Positions 62,406-64,000 of a stretch of 64,000 nucleotides of DNA are shown piece after piece. Location of the stretch: NCBI GenBank assembly GCA_002189035.1, contig CM007991.1:4216001-4280000 (forward strand), given 5' to 3'. The translations under genes were made by a program, and so were the position numbers. Each line of letters begins with the position of its first letter. Position 1 is the stretch's first letter. The notes under the pieces are model-generated. The model saw only the letters and a program-made list of their open reading frames with translations. It was not told the DNA's origin and ran no database searches. This stretch comes from Utricularia gibba. Lineage: Eukaryota > Plantae > Magnoliophyta.

Positions 62406-62861
62406 CAACATGTACCAAAGAAAGGCTAAAAACACAAAAGAGGGCCCCGGATCATTGAACTTATGAAGTAAATTGGAAGAGTTGGCCCGAACACTAAATT
62501 CAACAGCTTAAACCTCTTTCAATCACAACAGCTATTAAATCTATTTAACTATGAAGGAAGAAAAAATTTCTTGATAGAGATGTGATACATAATAAAACTC
62601 TACCTTAGTCTGATTTATTTATGATTAATATAGCTAAAATCGATTGCTCTATTTGAATCTACGAATTGGACAACACAACATTATTTACTTGATGAATATA
62701 TGTGAGTTGCTCCCTTGTTCATAAATATATATTTTTTGGAGTGAATTTTCTTGACTCACGACATTATGAAAATATATTATTAATTTTCTGGATACATCCA
62801 AGTTGCATATTGCTGGTAATGGGGTATAAACCCAATAATTATGCCTATGGCGGATGAAAAG

Positions 62862-62940
62862 CAGAATGTGTGCATAGAGTTCATTAACCTAAATAAAGCA
62901 TGTGAGCATGATCCTTATTCCTTGTCTCACATTTGTATCC
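62862..62940 (+). mobile_element. Ty3/Gypsy (Tat/Ogre-like) reverse transcriptase fragment
   Basis: NVCIEFINLNKACEHDPYSLSHI resembles RMCVDFTxLNKACPKDPYPLPxI. The fragment is short and isolated. Confidence 0.6.
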
Positions 62941-63354
62941 TAGTAGATGTCGCTAGCCAAGAGTAAAAAGGTAAAGAAAATTTGAAACCTTAGATAGGTG
63001 ATTAAATCAATCCAAAATAAATAACTAGATTATGTACCAAAATTAATTCTAAGATCAAAAGTACATCTGATTGGAAAAATATGATTAAAAACATATTAAA
63101 ATCTAGATGATCAAATTCAAATGCGAAAATATATATAGTAAAATTCTATGTTCAGACATAAAATAAAAAATAACAATCAACTAAAGTTTTTACTTCTAAT
63201 TCTCCTCCAATAGTATCTCATATACAAACTTTGTACCCTTTCATAGAAGAACCAAAAGATATGGAACAAAGAAGGAGAATTTACGACTAAGTGCTTTAAA
63301 TAATATTAGTAAATATATTGAATAGATGTATTTTCGGATAAATAATATTTACAT

Positions 63355-63460
63355 CACAAAATGCTTCAGAAGTATTTGCATTCAGTACACTACAATATTC
63401 ATCTTTAATACTAGAAGCATATGCTAAACACTGGGATAGCTAAAATATCTTTGATGATAT
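63355..63460 (-). mobile_element. hAT transposase C-terminal dimerisation-domain remnant
   Basis: KDILAIPV, then after a frameshift IKDEYCSVLNANTSEAF, resembling ARDILAIPVSTVASESAFS...LDEYRSSLxPxTVEAL. Confidence 0.42.
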
Positions 63461-63770
63461 TGTAACATTTTTAAAAAGTAAATAAATAAATTAAATAAAA
63501 TTCAATAAAATTTTTTGAATTTTTCCCTTTTGTGATAAAAAAATCTAATTATTAGTACTTGTAAAATTCCTTGCTTGACAACTAGAAATAACATATTGGT
63601 GATAAATTGAGTTCAATTTTTGTTTTATCTCTATACTTCCCAAATTGATGTAATTGAAATATCGAAAAACACCATTACACATAATAAAATTCCTATCTTA
63701 AATCAAATGAAATTGAAATTCCAACTTCAAATATTTATTTGCTGCAAGTAACTTAAAACATACTTCATAC

Positions 63771-64000
63771 TGATAAGTGATTTTGTGTCGTTCCAAAACA
63801 TGTTCTTCTATTAATCTTGAGTGTTGTTTTTACTTATCTTAGACTTCATTTTCTCATTATTTTCAATTGATTTCGTATATTTCACACTACTTTGATCTTT
63901 TTGGAGAGAGTGTATTTTGTAGATTTTTGGGATACTTTTGGATCAATTTGTGGAGAAATCAAGACCCACCAAATTATGGACTTGATGGGCTTCGAATCTC
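63771..64000 (+). mobile_element. Start of a further LTR-like element running off the right edge
   Basis: Begins TGATAAGTG, an Athila-like LTR start, followed by T-rich non-coding sequence. Truncated by the window. Confidence 0.35.

Overview
This is land-plant (core eudicot) nuclear DNA. It contains no CRISPR array, rRNA or tRNA gene that I can recognise. The left half (1-30.3 kb) is gene-dense: the 3' end of a ULP1C/D (OTS-type) SUMO protease (+), CDC40/PRP17 (-), a small DUF761-like ORF (-), a GT17 glycosyltransferase (-), a decayed PIF/Harbinger transposase, an NPH3/BTB-POZ gene (+), an intronless DRN/DRNL(ESR)-type AP2/ERF (-), a RAY1-type GT77 arabinofuranosyltransferase (-) and an At1g70620-like 'cyclin-related' Pro/RS-rich gene (-). 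The right half has two diverged tandem DTX29-31-type MATE transporter genes (-) among nested, heavily decayed Copia and Gypsy remnants, solo-LTR-like repeats and a hAT fragment. Gene models were built by hand from splice sites, exon phase and remembered family motifs. No database search was run, so names, synteny and TE lineages need checking. I do not see a clearly new multi-gene system. The best leads are five. (1) A single-base frameshift in an otherwise intact 12-exon gene. (2) A GT17 whose DxD-type motif reads DVN. (3) A precise presence/absence difference for a GC-AG intron between the two MATE paralogs. (4) The same solo-LTR-like family upstream of both MATEs. (5) Motif-dense non-coding islands around the convergent NPH3-DRNL pair, including three adjacent GATC-centred palindromes.
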